A DNA stretch of 64,000 nucleotides, taken from Sphingobacteriaceae bacterium (GTDB lineage Bacteria > Bacteroidota > Bacteroidia > UBA7662). This document shows positions 48,564 to 59,605 of this stretch, piece by piece. The position numbers and the translations under genes are program-made. The stretch spans positions 176,660 to 240,659 of the forward strand of contig JAUXNJ010000010.1 of the NCBI GenBank assembly GCA_030682795.1, written 5' to 3'. The notes under the pieces were generated by a model. It saw only the letters and a list, made by a program, of their open reading frames with translations. It was not told the DNA's origin and did not search any database. Each line of letters begins with the position of its first letter. Positions within the stretch are counted from its first letter, which is position 1.

Positions 48564-50921
48564 ATGGTTAAATGGTTTGGTGCTTTTTGGTTGACGTGGG
48601 CTGTTGCCTTGAGCGCCACAGCCCAACTATCTGGAAGTTTTGATGCGCGCCAGCACGATTTTTCCGCCTCAAGCTTTGCTTTAAACGGCCAGTGGCAGTT
48701 TGTTTGGCAAGATTTTGTACTGCCGGAGGAGTTGCCGCAGCGTCAGACCTCCTACGTAAATTTCCCTCAGCGTTGGAACGAGCAAGGTGAATATCCTGCC
48801 AAGGGCTATGCTACTTATGCGGCTACCGTTTATCTGCCCAATGAACATCCTTTGTTAGGGATTGATTTGCCCGATGTATACACGAGTTACAAGCTTTACA
48901 TCAATGGAGCTTTGTTTTTTGCCAACGGTGAACCTGGCACAACTGAAGCCACTACCGTGCCTCGTTGGCATCCGGTGGTGTTGCCGTTGCCCAAGGGTGT
49001 TGACAGTCTACACTTGGTTTTTCACGTTGCCAATTTTCATCACGCCAAGGGAGGGCCCTACAAAGCAGTTTCAATAGGTGATTTTGAGGTGCTCAGCAGC
49101 AGCCGAAAGCGCGATGGTTCGCTCGATTTGTTGATGAGTGGTGCTTTGCTAATGGGGGGCTTATTTTTCTTTGGCTTGTATTTGTTTGGTAAATACGACC
49201 GCGCCATGTTGTTTTTTGCGCTTTATTGTTTGGCGTATAGTTACCGGCCCGTAGGTTCGAGGTTGTACGTGCTGCACGACATCTTTCCAGAGCTGAGTTG
49301 GTTTTTAACTACCCGTCTTGAGTATTTTTCCCTCTTCGCTGGGATTGGTTTTTTTGCAGTATATACCCTCTTTATTTATCCCAAAGACGTCAATCGAAAC
49401 ATCTTACAACCCCTAGCTACAGTTTGTTTTGTCTTGGCGGCTGCCACTTGGCTGGTGCCCACCTACTACATTACCATGACCCTGAACCCGTTTTTGGTGG
49501 TAATGTTTGCGGTGGTGGGCTATACCACTTATGTATATGTGCTGGCAGTGCGGCGTAAACGACTGGGTGCGAAGTTTGCCGCAGCCAGCACCATCATGGT
49601 TATGATAGTAATGGCAATTATCAACCTGGAGTATTTTCAGTTGCTGGTGCCCGTCTATTTTTTGCTATTTGCGGGTTATGTGCTATTTCTGTTTTTCCAG
49701 TCTATTGTATTGGCCTTTCGTTTTGCGAGCATCCTGGATGAAGCCCGACAGGCGGCGTTGTTAGGTTTAAGGGCTAAAACCGAGTTTTTATCTACCATGT
49801 CGCATGAAATTCGTACGCCCTTGAATGCGGTGATTGGAATGACCCACTTGCTATTGAAAAGCAAGCCGCGCGAAGATCAAGAGGAGCAGCTGGGCGTATT
49901 GTTGTTTTCGGCGCGCAACTTACTTAGCATTGTAAACGACATTTTGGATTACAATAAAATTGAGGCAGGGAAAATTAGTTTTGAGCAAATCCCGATTGAT
50001 TTTGGCCTCATTTGCAAGAATATTGCCTACGGTTTGCAGCTGCAGGCCACTGAAAAGGGGGTTGCATGTCGTTTGCAAATAGACCCCAAGCTCAATCAAA
50101 AGGTGGTTGGCGACCCAACCCGCCTCACCCAGGTGATCAGCAATTTGCTGCAAAATGCCATTAAGTTTACCAAAGAGGGCTGGGTAGAGTTGCGGGTGCA
50201 GGTGCAACACGCCTATGCCGACCAAATCCAATTGCTGGTAGAAGTGGAGGATACGGGTATCGGCATTCCGCCAGAAAAGATGGATGTAATTTTTGACCGT
50301 TTTACGCAGGCGGATTCTTCTACTTCCAGAAGTTTTGGGGGTACTGGACTGGGTTTGTCGATTGCTAAGCGCATTTTAGAAATGCAAAACAGCAAATTAG
50401 AAGTGCGCAGTAAGGTGAATGAAGGATCGGTTTTTTCGTTTCACATAACTTTGCCGTTGAGCAGTGAGTTAGCCGGTGACACCCAAGAAAAAGGGCTTTT
50501 GGCATCAGAGATGGAGACTGAGAGTGATGAATTATTGTTGCAGGGAGCATGTATTTTGTTGGTAGAAGACAATCCTCTGAACGTAAAAGTAGCCGAAGCC
50601 TTTTTACGACGTTGGGGAGCTGAGGTAGAGGTGGCTGTAAATGGTGCTGAAGCCATCGAAAAATTGGATGCCAAAAAGCACCACGTGGTGTTGATGGACT
50701 TGCACATGCCAGTTTTGGATGGGTATGAAGCCACCAAACAGCTGCGTGCGAGAGGCGAAATCTTGCCTATTATTGCGCTTACTGCCAGTTTGCCGAAAGA
50801 AGTTGAGCACGAAGCTTTCAGTTCGGGCTTAAATGCGGTTGTAGTAAAACCGTTTAATCCCGATGAGCTCAAGCAAGTGATTTGGCGACAGCTCCGTGAT
50901 ACCTCTTGGGCCAATCGCTGA
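48564..50921 (+). CDS. Hybrid sensor histidine kinase (sugar-binding-like periplasmic domain, 7TM-DISM, HisKA, HATPase, REC)
   Basis: LNGQWQF, seven TM segments, MSHEIRTPLN, NLLQNAIKFT, GGTGLGL and LMDLHMP. Confidence 0.93.
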   Translation: MVKWFGAFWLTWAVALSATAQLSGSFDARQHDFSASSFALNGQWQFVWQDFVLPEELPQRQTSYVNFPQRWNEQGEYPAKGYATYAATVYLPNEHPLLGIDLPDVYTSYKLYINGALFFANGEPGTTEATTVPRWHPVVLPLPKGVDSLHLVFHVANFHHAKGGPYKAVSIGDFEVLSSSRKRDGSLDLLMSGALLMGGLFFFGLYLFGKYDRAMLFFALYCLAYSYRPVGSRLYVLHDIFPELSWFLTTRLEYFSLFAGIGFFAVYTLFIYPKDVNRNILQPLATVCFVLAAATWLVPTYYITMTLNPFLVVMFAVVGYTTYVYVLAVRRKRLGAKFAAASTIMVMIVMAIINLEYFQLLVPVYFLLFAGYVLFLFFQSIVLAFRFASILDEARQAALLGLRAKTEFLSTMSHEIRTPLNAVIGMTHLLLKSKPREDQEEQLGVLLFSARNLLSIVNDILDYNKIEAGKISFEQIPIDFGLICKNIAYGLQLQATEKGVACRLQIDPKLNQKVVGDPTRLTQVISNLLQNAIKFTKEGWVELRVQVQHAYADQIQLLVEVEDTGIGIPPEKMDVIFDRFTQADSSTSRSFGGTGLGLSIAKRILEMQNSKLEVRSKVNEGSVFSFHITLPLSSELAGDTQEKGLLASEMETESDELLLQGACILLVEDNPLNVKVAEAFLRRWGAEVEVAVNGAEAIEKLDAKKHHVVLMDLHMPVLDGYEATKQLRARGEILPIIALTASLPKEVEHEAFSSGLNAVVVKPFNPDELKQVIWRQLRDTSWANR

Positions 50922-50939
50922 GCCTAACGTTGGTGCAAC

Positions 50940-53285
50940 TTAAGTATTTTGCAGACTGGCTTCATAGCGAGCGGCTGCGCGCACATACATCAATTCTTCA
51001 AAGCTAAAGCGGGTATCGACCAGTTCACGCATCTCGCCGAGCTTCATATCGCTAATGCCCGGGAGCGCTTTCATAATTTCATCGTGCCGTTGGTTAGAGA
51101 CTAAGAAACGGATTTCGAGTAGTCCTGTCTCCACCGCCTCTTGCAGCTGCTGTTGAATGGTACTGCGGGCGTAGTTGCGTTTGGCTGCGATTTCTTCTAT
51201 GGTGTTGCCTTCGCGGTAGAGCAGACTAGTAGCTTGGAGATTGGCTTGCTTGCTTATTTTTTCGCCTTTTTGGGGGATTTTGCCAAGAATAGGGTGGCCG
51301 GCCCCGGTGCTTTCCATGGCTGGGGCACCACTTGAGGTGCTTTTTTTAGGCTTACTGGCGTTTTTACTGCTGCTCGGTTTGGTGGTGCTCACTTTAACGA
51401 TGGTTTTGCGCAAGGCTGTACGCCAGTCGCTATTAGCAGCTGAGAGCAAACGGCTTTTATGAAGGGGCGCTTCGCCAGTCACCGATTGCAGCAGCAGCGG
51501 AGCCTTCACCAAAAGCTCCCAGTGCCTAAAGAGTTGAGCATCGAGCTCTTCGAGTTCATTGGCATAGGTTTTCATGCCTTTTTCGGCAGCTACTTCCTGC
51601 TGTTGGATGAGGATTTGGCAGCTTAATGCCCGCAGCAAAGGCTCTGTATTTAGCAAGATGCTGGCGATTTGCGCTTTGAGCTGCTCAAAAGCTAAGGGCT
51701 GCCTTTTGAAACTGCTGCTGATTTCTAGCTCAGCCGATTTGCAATACGCCTCTAAAGGTTCTAATTGCCGCAACATGTCCATGGCCCAAACCTTATGTGT
51801 TTGCTTTTGGGAACGCACATCGTCTTTGTTATAGGAATCTAAATGCCGCCGCCAAGCATTGAGCAAGGGCCGGCAGTTGAGGCAATTGAACAGGTAATTG
51901 CGAAGGTACTGCACCGATAGTTGCTCGATGTGTTCGTGTGTAGGCGCCTGCCGTGGGGCGGTTTCGAAGTTTTGCAGACGCTCCGACATAGGAACGGCCG
52001 CCCGCGGAAATTTACTGTTGAGCACCAAACCTTCAGCTGAACGCAAGCGCGACATGGCCACATAGGCTTGTCCGCCCGCAAAGGCTTGTTGTACATCTAA
52101 AATGGCACGGTCGAAGGTGAGCCCCTGGCTTTTATGCACCGTAATAGCCCAGGCCAAGCGCAAAGGATACTGCTCGAAGCTGCCAATCTCTTCTTCGGTT
52201 ACCCGATGGGTGTCTTCCTCTGTTTTATAGCGGATGTTGGGCCAACTGATGCGGTCGACTACCAGTTCAGACTGGTCCTCAAATACCACGGTAATGTGCT
52301 TGTCGCTGATGCTGTGCACTTGTGCCAATTTGCCATTGAAAAAACGATTGCTGCCGCTGCTGTCGTTGCGTACAAACATCACTTGGGCACCTTCGCATAG
52401 TTGTAATTTGGCTTCGCATGGGAAGAGGAGCTCTGGAAATTCGCCTTTGATTTCTGCTGAAAAGCTAAAAACGGGCCTTTGCAAAGCCCCCAAGGCCGCT
52501 TGGTTGATGCGGTCGGCTTGTTGGTTGTGCGTGGTGAGGGTAATCCATGCCTTGCCATCTTGGGGCTGAAACTGCGGCTGTACTTTGGCATCGAGCCATT
52601 GATAGTCTGCCTCGGATAATTGATTGTAGCGCAAGCGGTTGAGCAGATCGGTGAACTGTGTGTCGGTTTGGCGGTATACTTGTTCTAATTTGATGTAAAC
52701 AGGCGGTTTTTTGTAGAGTGCTTGCGCTTCGAAAAAGTAGGGCGTTTTATAATACTTACGAAGTATTTCCCATTCTTCGTTTTTGGCTACAGGGGGCAAT
52801 TGCATCATATCGCCCACGAGCAGCAGCTGGAGTCCCCCGAATGGCTCCTGGTTCCGGCGTACATAGCGCAGCATGGTGTCGATGGCATCGAGCATATCGG
52901 CTCGCACCATGCTGATTTCATCGATGATGAGTAGTTCGGCACTGTTAATCACCTGCCGCTTTTCGTTGCGCATGCGGGTATGCCGAGGAATGCTTTGCGC
53001 GGTTTCGAATTTTAAATTTCCTTGCAAAACGGGCTCCCCTTGTATGGGCAAAAAGCCACCAAAGGGCAATTGAAACTGGGAATGCAAGGTTACGCCGCCC
53101 ACATTTAAAGCTGCTACACCGGTGGGGGCCGTAATGAGCAGCTGCTTGTGGGTGTGGGCAATGATGTGCCGCAACAAAGTGGTTTTGCCTGTGCCAGCCT
53201 TACCCGTTAAAAAGATGTTTTCACGGGTGTGGTTCACCAGTTGCATTACTTTTTCGGCGAGGGGGTTGTTAAAATCGACAGACAT
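50940..53285 (-). CDS. PIF1/RecD-like SF1B helicase with C-terminal HTH
   Basis: GKAGTGKT, TAPTGVAA, IDEISM, GDMMQLPPV, AWAITVHKSQGLT and YVAMSR; C-terminal TIEEIAAKRNYARSTI. Confidence 0.92.
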   Translation of the reverse strand: MSVDFNNPLAEKVMQLVNHTRENIFLTGKAGTGKTTLLRHIIAHTHKQLLITAPTGVAALNVGGVTLHSQFQLPFGGFLPIQGEPVLQGNLKFETAQSIPRHTRMRNEKRQVINSAELLIIDEISMVRADMLDAIDTMLRYVRRNQEPFGGLQLLLVGDMMQLPPVAKNEEWEILRKYYKTPYFFEAQALYKKPPVYIKLEQVYRQTDTQFTDLLNRLRYNQLSEADYQWLDAKVQPQFQPQDGKAWITLTTHNQQADRINQAALGALQRPVFSFSAEIKGEFPELLFPCEAKLQLCEGAQVMFVRNDSSGSNRFFNGKLAQVHSISDKHITVVFEDQSELVVDRISWPNIRYKTEEDTHRVTEEEIGSFEQYPLRLAWAITVHKSQGLTFDRAILDVQQAFAGGQAYVAMSRLRSAEGLVLNSKFPRAAVPMSERLQNFETAPRQAPTHEHIEQLSVQYLRNYLFNCLNCRPLLNAWRRHLDSYNKDDVRSQKQTHKVWAMDMLRQLEPLEAYCKSAELEISSSFKRQPLAFEQLKAQIASILLNTEPLLRALSCQILIQQQEVAAEKGMKTYANELEELDAQLFRHWELLVKAPLLLQSVTGEAPLHKSRLLSAANSDWRTALRKTIVKVSTTKPSSSKNASKPKKSTSSGAPAMESTGAGHPILGKIPQKGEKISKQANLQATSLLYREGNTIEEIAAKRNYARSTIQQQLQEAVETGLLEIRFLVSNQRHDEIMKALPGISDMKLGEMRELVDTRFSFEELMYVRAAARYEASLQNT

Positions 53286-53518
53286 ATGAAGCGCTATTTG
53301 GAAATCGGAAGCAATTTACCAAGGCCCGCTGCGGCTTCCTAACAATTGCCCGAAAATTGAAAAAAGACGCGCAGAAACAATGGATTGCGGAGTCCTCCCT
53401 GGTTACAATCCTTGCGGCTTGCATTGCTGTTTTAAGTGCAGGCCGGAGCAAAGGACTAAATGGGGGCTGCTTCAGAGGAAGTAAATGGAGCTCTTAAAGT
53501 GCGATAAAAGCAAGAGGT

Positions 53519-54316
53519 TTAAACTGTCCCAAAGACATCGTAGGCATACCGCAGGATCATGATCGATACGATGAGCAAAAATACCAGGCGTACAAAGCCG
53601 TTGCCACGTTTGAAGGCCATGCGGGTGCCACTTACATTGCCCGCCACATTACAAAGGGCCATCATCAGGGCCAAGGGAAGCAAAAAATAACCTGCTTTTA
53701 CAAATACAAATAAAGCCGAAAGATTGGTCACCACATTGATGGCTTTGGCATAGGCGGAGGCTTGCAGGAATTCGAAGCCTAAAATGAGCACAAAGCCGAG
53801 CACGAAGAAACTGCCGGTTCCTGGACCAAAAAAACCATCGTAAAAGCCTACGATAAGTGCTAGTAAACTGCCATAGAGGGCCTGTTTGGTCCAGGATAAC
53901 TGCTTGCTGACGACATGTCCTAGGTCTTTTTTAACATAAGTGTACACCAGCATCACCACCAAAATAACCAGAATCACCGGTTTGAGTGCGTTGCTATCTA
54001 TATAAGTTACGGCCTTAGCCCCTAAATAGGCACTGATAAAAGCCATAAGCGCCAGTACTGCCAGCAGTTTGTAATCGAAGCGGATGCGCCGCGCATAACT
54101 TACCGCTGCCACCGAGGTGCCTGCCAAAGCGGCAATTTTATTGGTGCCGAAGAGGGTTGGGATGGGCTTATCGGGCAATTGAATGAGCAAGGCTGGTAAT
54201 TGAATGAGGCCACCGCCACCCACCACTGCGTCTAAGAAGCCGGCTACATATGCCAGGGTGGCTAGACTGAGGAGCATGCTGGTGCTGTAGTCTTCAAATA
54301 TGGATAGCAATTGCAT
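53519..54316 (-). CDS. TauE/SafE (TSUP) family transporter
   Basis: AGFLDAVVGGGGLIQLP, GTNK and GFYDGFFGPGTG. Confidence 0.93.
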   Translation of the reverse strand: MQLLSIFEDYSTSMLLSLATLAYVAGFLDAVVGGGGLIQLPALLIQLPDKPIPTLFGTNKIAALAGTSVAAVSYARRIRFDYKLLAVLALMAFISAYLGAKAVTYIDSNALKPVILVILVVMLVYTYVKKDLGHVVSKQLSWTKQALYGSLLALIVGFYDGFFGPGTGSFFVLGFVLILGFEFLQASAYAKAINVVTNLSALFVFVKAGYFLLPLALMMALCNVAGNVSGTRMAFKRGNGFVRLVFLLIVSIMILRYAYDVFGTV

Positions 54317-54449
54317 GCTTGCAAGGTTACGAAAAGAGGACCAAGCTTGGGCCTTTACACGGCACTGGCTCTAAAATTTATCTTAGGCCCATAATCATAA
54401 ATATACAATGGGTAAGGCCGGAGCTAAAGAAGGTTGGATGGCATCGATA

Positions 54450-55343
54450 TTATTGCCTCAAATCGAAACGGAAGCCAAATTGTGAGGCCACAGTACTACG
54501 CAAAAGCGTGTAGTTTGCTTCAGGAAATGCTTGAAACAGCCCACCTGGTCTTAATTCTACAAATACATGGGCCTTTCTCCAAGCTTCGTTTCGTTTGCCG
54601 ATTCTAAAGTCGAAGCCAATGGGGAAATAAGCCAATCCACTAATTCCAGCACCGTTTCGAAAGATTTCTTCGCGCGAATCGATAACCTCGGCATTGTAGG
54701 AGAAGGTGCGAGAAGGACTGAATTCTTGGAAGGAGTTTACGTTTAAATAGGTTACGGTGGTGCTGGTGTTGAAAATCAGTCCCGTACCCAATCCTACCCC
54801 CATAAACATCGAAAAGCGCCCTTTGGCATTGATGGCATAGGTTAGGTTTAAATCAAAGTAGAGCTGGTCGTTGGAGTAGCTGGTGTTCACCGTTTCGGTG
54901 TGAATATTTTGAATGTATCGGTTCACTACACCATCGCTGTTTCTAAGGCTATCGGTTGAAATTACACTGTTTCTTCTAAAGGAATTAGTTAGCAAATCAC
55001 TGCGGTTGTACAACAGTCCCATCCTCACAGTTGGAGCCAAGGAGTGATGTTTTTTCTTTGGGAGTTTAAAGCCCAAATAACCCGCCATGGTAAAATTAGA
55101 ATTATAGTTGTAGCCCCAAAAAAAGCTTTGTAGATAGCCATTGAGGTTGTTGAGTATCGCAGATTGTGGGGCAAATTGCAAGGCAGTATTGAGGCTTAGC
55201 CGTTGGTAATTCACATTTAAATTGCCGAATTGTAGTGAAATTTCACTGAATTCAAATTTGTTTGATAAACTGTCGGATTGAGCAAAAGCAGTACCCGAAA
55301 CCAAGCTGCTGACTGCAATGAAAAGGATTTGTAGGTGCTTCAT
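54450..55343 (-). CDS. Outer-membrane beta-barrel hypothetical protein
   Basis: Signal peptide AFA-Q; C-terminal QFGFRFDL. Confidence 0.65.
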   Translation of the reverse strand: MKHLQILFIAVSSLVSGTAFAQSDSLSNKFEFSEISLQFGNLNVNYQRLSLNTALQFAPQSAILNNLNGYLQSFFWGYNYNSNFTMAGYLGFKLPKKKHHSLAPTVRMGLLYNRSDLLTNSFRRNSVISTDSLRNSDGVVNRYIQNIHTETVNTSYSNDQLYFDLNLTYAINAKGRFSMFMGVGLGTGLIFNTSTTVTYLNVNSFQEFSPSRTFSYNAEVIDSREEIFRNGAGISGLAYFPIGFDFRIGKRNEAWRKAHVFVELRPGGLFQAFPEANYTLLRSTVASQFGFRFDLRQ

Positions 55344-55411
55344 GCCTTGAATTTTCCACCAAAATAAACAAAGCACAGCGCAAATTCAAAGTATTTGTTT
55401 GTTGTGAAGCT

Positions 55412-55603
55412 TTATTTGCCCGACTTATCGGTAATTAAAAAGTGAATGTACAAGGTACTGAGCGTTAAAAAACCTGCTAAGGCTACGCTAGAGGCTAAAA
55501 TGCGCCATTGTGGACCGTTCATCCAGCTGAGTACGGCATAATAACCCGACCAAACCGTGAGTGTTACTAAGATCAAAACGACCACAAACTGCGAATTTTT
55601 CAT
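55412..55603 (-). CDS. Small two-TM protein
   Basis: MKNSQF...; TACCTTTG promoter just upstream. Confidence 0.5.
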   Translation of the reverse strand: MKNSQFVVVLILVTLTVWSGYYAVLSWMNGPQWRILASSVALAGFLTLSTLYIHFLITDKSGK

Positions 55604-55632
55604 GCTACAAAGGTAGGCAAGGAAGCCGGTAA

Positions 55633-56703
55633 TTAGTTGGCCAATGCCATGCCGTCTTTGCCTTTGCGGTAGTAGGCAATGGCGCGGTGCATAACGCCAA
55701 ACCAAAGCGGCGGCACCAGTGCCAATAGAATCATGCCGGGGTAGCCGGTGGGCATTTGTGGGCTTTCATCGAAGTGCCGCAGCACCGGGTATTTGCGACT
55801 GGCCAAAAAGTGGTGATCCGAATGCCGCGAGAGCTCTAAAAGCACGAGTCGGCCAATGGGGTGATTGGAGTTCCAAGAGTGAATGGGCAGGGTTCGTTCG
55901 TAGCCTTTATCGGTTTTTTGCCGTTGGAGGCCGTAATGCTCAATGTAGTTTACCGATTCGAGCAGGAGGATGCCAACGAGGGAGGCTGCCATAAAGAGTA
56001 GCAAAGCCAGCCCGCCAAAAACACTAAATATGGCAATGAGCAAAGCTAGTTGCCAGACTTGAAACCGCAGCATCTCATTCTCCCAGCTCCAAAATGGCTT
56101 GCCTAATTTTTGCAGCTTGGTAGCTTCTATGTGCCAGGCCGACAACCAACTGTTCAGGATGCTGCGCGGAAAAAAGGCGTAAATCGACTCGCCATACCGG
56201 CTCGAAGCGGGATCTTCGGGCGTGGCTACTCTTTTGTGATGCCCCCGGTTGTGCTCGATGAAAAAGTGCATATAAAGCGTGCTGAGCAGCAATATTTTGC
56301 TCAGGTTTTGCTCGTATTTGGTGGCTCTGTGCCCCAGTTCGTGGGCCGCATTGATGCCTAAAATGCCACAGGCCATGCCATAGGAGAGGGTGAGGCCGGT
56401 GAGTTCGAGCGCGCTGAGCCCGCCGTCTTGCAACCGTATCAAAAAGAGGCATAGCAGGAGGTACTGCAGAGGCACCAAGCTGTAAAGCAACCAGTCGTAA
56501 AAGCGGTCGGTCTTTGCCACTGCTTCTTCGGCTTCGGCCAAGTTGGCCGTACTGCCTTTGGTAAAGAGTTCGAGAAAAGGCAAAAGCCCAAATAGTACCA
56601 GCACCGAAAAAAATGTCCATCCTTCCCTGGCAAACAGCGAAAGCGCGACCACAGCAGGGGTTAGGTAAACAAATAAATATTTGGCTTTAGAGAAGTTCAT
56701 CAA
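55633..56703 (-). CDS. alkB: Alkane 1-monooxygenase
   Basis: HELGH, EHNRGHH, NYIEHYGL and LSRHSDHH boxes; TPEDPASSR. Confidence 0.92.
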   Translation of the reverse strand: MMNFSKAKYLFVYLTPAVVALSLFAREGWTFFSVLVLFGLLPFLELFTKGSTANLAEAEEAVAKTDRFYDWLLYSLVPLQYLLLCLFLIRLQDGGLSALELTGLTLSYGMACGILGINAAHELGHRATKYEQNLSKILLLSTLYMHFFIEHNRGHHKRVATPEDPASSRYGESIYAFFPRSILNSWLSAWHIEATKLQKLGKPFWSWENEMLRFQVWQLALLIAIFSVFGGLALLLFMAASLVGILLLESVNYIEHYGLQRQKTDKGYERTLPIHSWNSNHPIGRLVLLELSRHSDHHFLASRKYPVLRHFDESPQMPTGYPGMILLALVPPLWFGVMHRAIAYYRKGKDGMALAN

Positions 56704-56729
56704 ACGGGTAACAGTACTGTGAAAATAAG

Positions 56730-58811
56730 CTATTTTCTTTGCTTGGGCAATCTTACATAAAAGGCACTTCCTTTCCCTACCGAGCTTTCAAGCCAAATTT
56801 CACCTTGGTGTGCGGTAATAATTTGCTTTGAAATGGCCAGGCCCATGCCATACGACTTTTCGCCTGCTGTACCGGTTTGTCCCGTTACAGAAAATGCCGC
56901 GAAGAGGTTTTTTTGCTGCTCAGCTGCAATGCCAAGTCCCGTATCCCGAACAACAACAGTAACGGAGGTGGCTTCCTCGTGCATTTCTATGAAAATTTCA
57001 GCTCCTTTTTGGCTGAATTTGATAGCATTTGTGAGAAGATTGTTAAATACCCGCCAAATTTTTTGTTGGTGGATGGGCACGTTCACAGAAATCAGTTGTG
57101 CTTGAAGTGATTGCCCTTTTTTGTCGGCTTCTAGTTTGGCTAATTGCAAACAAGATTTGAGTATGCGGTCTAAATCTTGCTGTGTATAGTTTTCTGTTTT
57201 ATCTACGGTACTGATGTGTAAGAGGTCTTTGATAAAATGCAGGGCGTTTTCCGCTGACTTTTCTATCAAATGTTGAAATTCTTGTTGGTCTTTTTGGCTT
57301 AGTTTTTCATGCTGTAGCAATTGGATAGCGCTTAAAATACCCGCCATGGGTGAGCGTAAATCGTGCACTAAAACTTTCATGAGGCGGGTATTTTCGGCAT
57401 GACTTTGCTCCAAATCTTCCAATCCTTGAATTAATTGCTGGTTGAGTGCTTGCGCATTTTGATGCAGCTTCTCCAGTTCTTGCGTATAGCGTTTTTCTCT
57501 TTTTCTTTTGTTGAGAATGATAAATCCGAAGGCCAGGCTGCTTCCCAAGGCAATTAAAATGAGGAGGAAATAGAAGGTCTTTCTTTCAGAAGCATTCCGT
57601 AATTTAACCAGGTTGATTTCTTGTTCTAAAGCATTGAAGGAGGCTTTGAAATCGGGTTGGCCAAATTTATTGGGACCTTGAAACCGGATAGAATCTAATA
57701 ATTGTTGATTGATTTCGGCAAAAAACAAAGCTTGTTTGTAATCGCCGATATGTTCTGCATATGCGCGCTGCAAAGCAGCCAGCCGTTGCGCAATGAGCAG
57801 CTCAGGTTGCTGCAGTAGCTCTTGCTGGATTTCCGAAATGAGCAGGGCTGCCTGTTCGCCTTCCTTTGTTTGGAGGTACACATGGCCCAATTTGATTTTG
57901 CATAAAAGCGCATCGCCCCATTCGCCACGGGGCTTTAAATTCATATCAATGCTGCGTTGTAGGTAGAATTTAGCACTATCGAATTGCAGCATTTGTGCGT
58001 AGCAACTGCCTTTATTACCCAAAAGTACACCTAAGCTTTTGGCGTATCGAGCGCCATCTGTATGCGTTTGTTGGTAGTTGAGCAACAGTGCAATTCCTTG
58101 GTTATAATGGTACAAAGCGCTGTCGTATTGCCCTATTTTTTCATAGCATAAACCTATTTCATTATGGTCTTGCTGCTTGTTGAAAATGTGCTGAACGCTG
58201 TTCCTGATTTTGCATTGTTGGTTGATGGCGGCTCGTTCTTTAAAAAAGTACAAGGCTTCAGTATAACGTTCTTGTTTATAAAGTAAATAACCCAAAGTAT
58301 TGGCAATTCCCCTTCCTTCGCAAGTTATATTTAAGGAATCAATCAGTGTTTTTCCTTTGAATAAGGAGCGCAATGCTAATTCGAATTCGTTTTTTTCGAG
58401 GTGATAGTTCCCTTTTAAGAAGTAGTAGCGGAGGAGGTCGTGAGGGTAGTCAGGATGCGCTTTTAAGAGTGTTTTGCTACTGTCTAAATACTTTGCTGCT
58501 GCCTCATAGTCTTTGGTGGCATATAAATGCATATTGCCAAGAAAATGATACTTCCTAAGTAATTGTGGAATGGGTAGTGGATTCCAAACGTGATAAATAG
58601 AGTCTAAATAAGGGGTAACCAAAGAGGTTTGATCTTGATCAATATAGACTGCACTTTTAGCGAAAGCACTGTCAATGATTGGTTGGCTGGCTAGCTCACT
58701 GGTAGGGCTGTTTTGCTGGCAACCAAATAGCAATAACAAAACCACCACCCAAGAGGCTTTAGGATATGACATAGCCGCTCTGGATAAACCAGGGGTTTCG
58801 CTAGGTGACAT
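56730..58811 (-). CDS. TPR-repeat sensor histidine kinase
   Basis: TPR-like repeats, one TM segment, HDLRSP, NLLTNAIKFS, DTGLG and GMGL. Confidence 0.9.
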   Translation of the reverse strand: MSPSETPGLSRAAMSYPKASWVVVLLLLFGCQQNSPTSELASQPIIDSAFAKSAVYIDQDQTSLVTPYLDSIYHVWNPLPIPQLLRKYHFLGNMHLYATKDYEAAAKYLDSSKTLLKAHPDYPHDLLRYYFLKGNYHLEKNEFELALRSLFKGKTLIDSLNITCEGRGIANTLGYLLYKQERYTEALYFFKERAAINQQCKIRNSVQHIFNKQQDHNEIGLCYEKIGQYDSALYHYNQGIALLLNYQQTHTDGARYAKSLGVLLGNKGSCYAQMLQFDSAKFYLQRSIDMNLKPRGEWGDALLCKIKLGHVYLQTKEGEQAALLISEIQQELLQQPELLIAQRLAALQRAYAEHIGDYKQALFFAEINQQLLDSIRFQGPNKFGQPDFKASFNALEQEINLVKLRNASERKTFYFLLILIALGSSLAFGFIILNKRKREKRYTQELEKLHQNAQALNQQLIQGLEDLEQSHAENTRLMKVLVHDLRSPMAGILSAIQLLQHEKLSQKDQQEFQHLIEKSAENALHFIKDLLHISTVDKTENYTQQDLDRILKSCLQLAKLEADKKGQSLQAQLISVNVPIHQQKIWRVFNNLLTNAIKFSQKGAEIFIEMHEEATSVTVVVRDTGLGIAAEQQKNLFAAFSVTGQTGTAGEKSYGMGLAISKQIITAHQGEIWLESSVGKGSAFYVRLPKQRK

Positions 58812-58942
58812 GGATGTGCTTTGTGGTTTTAGGAAATTACAATGGTCGAAATTATTTTTTTTACGCCAAATTTCAAATTTTCTCGATAAAATAACTTGCT
58901 GTTTATAGAATATCTTGAGTCCTTCTAGACGGCTGTTTCCGT

Positions 58943-59485
58943 TCATTGGTTTCTTAAGCTGTCAATCAATAGCTGTTCAAAAGGCGATTTGATGGCCACA
59001 ATGCTATCGCTGAGGGCATTGGGTACGGTCATCGACAAAACATACTGTTTGATTTTCCAGCCGGCTTCGGTTTTTGCCAATACCCCACTGCCGCGGGCAA
59101 TTTTGGCATAGGGGGCATCGAGCAATTCATCGAACCAGGCCAGGTCACCCTGCTTGCTGAGGTAAATGTGGCGTTCGAGGGCTTTGAAGTGCCAGCCACG
59201 ACCAGCCGCAAAAGGCGCTTGGGCATAGGCGTAAAAGCTGGCTTTGTTCCAATGCTCGGTGGCGTCGGTGCCTATAAACACAGCGTCTTCGGTGAAAAAG
59301 CTGAAGTAGCCTTCTAAATCGGAGCGAGCAGCAGCGGCGTGAAAGTCAGTTAAGGTTTGGACAACAAACAGGCTGTCGCCATGCAGGGAGTTTGCCTTGG
59401 AGGGATTGAAATCAGGCTGGGAGGCATTTTCACAGCTGAACAGCAGCAGGCAGCAGCTGAGCAGCAATTGTAAGTTTTTAAGCAT
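58943..59485 (-). CDS. SnoaL/NTF2-like lipoprotein
   Basis: LFSC lipobox, FIGTDATEHW, AWFDELL, RGSGVL and WKIKQYVLS. Confidence 0.85.
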   Translation of the reverse strand: MLKNLQLLLSCCLLLFSCENASQPDFNPSKANSLHGDSLFVVQTLTDFHAAAARSDLEGYFSFFTEDAVFIGTDATEHWNKASFYAYAQAPFAAGRGWHFKALERHIYLSKQGDLAWFDELLDAPYAKIARGSGVLAKTEAGWKIKQYVLSMTVPNALSDSIVAIKSPFEQLLIDSLRNQ

Positions 59486-59605
59486 GAGGCGGTTTTAAGT
59501 GGAGGTTGAAAAGACAAAATGCCTATTTGATAAAGGTAGCAAAACGCATTTAATCAACTTTGCCAGCCCGCGTACTTTTTAAAACTCAAACATACTCCTT
59601 TCAAT

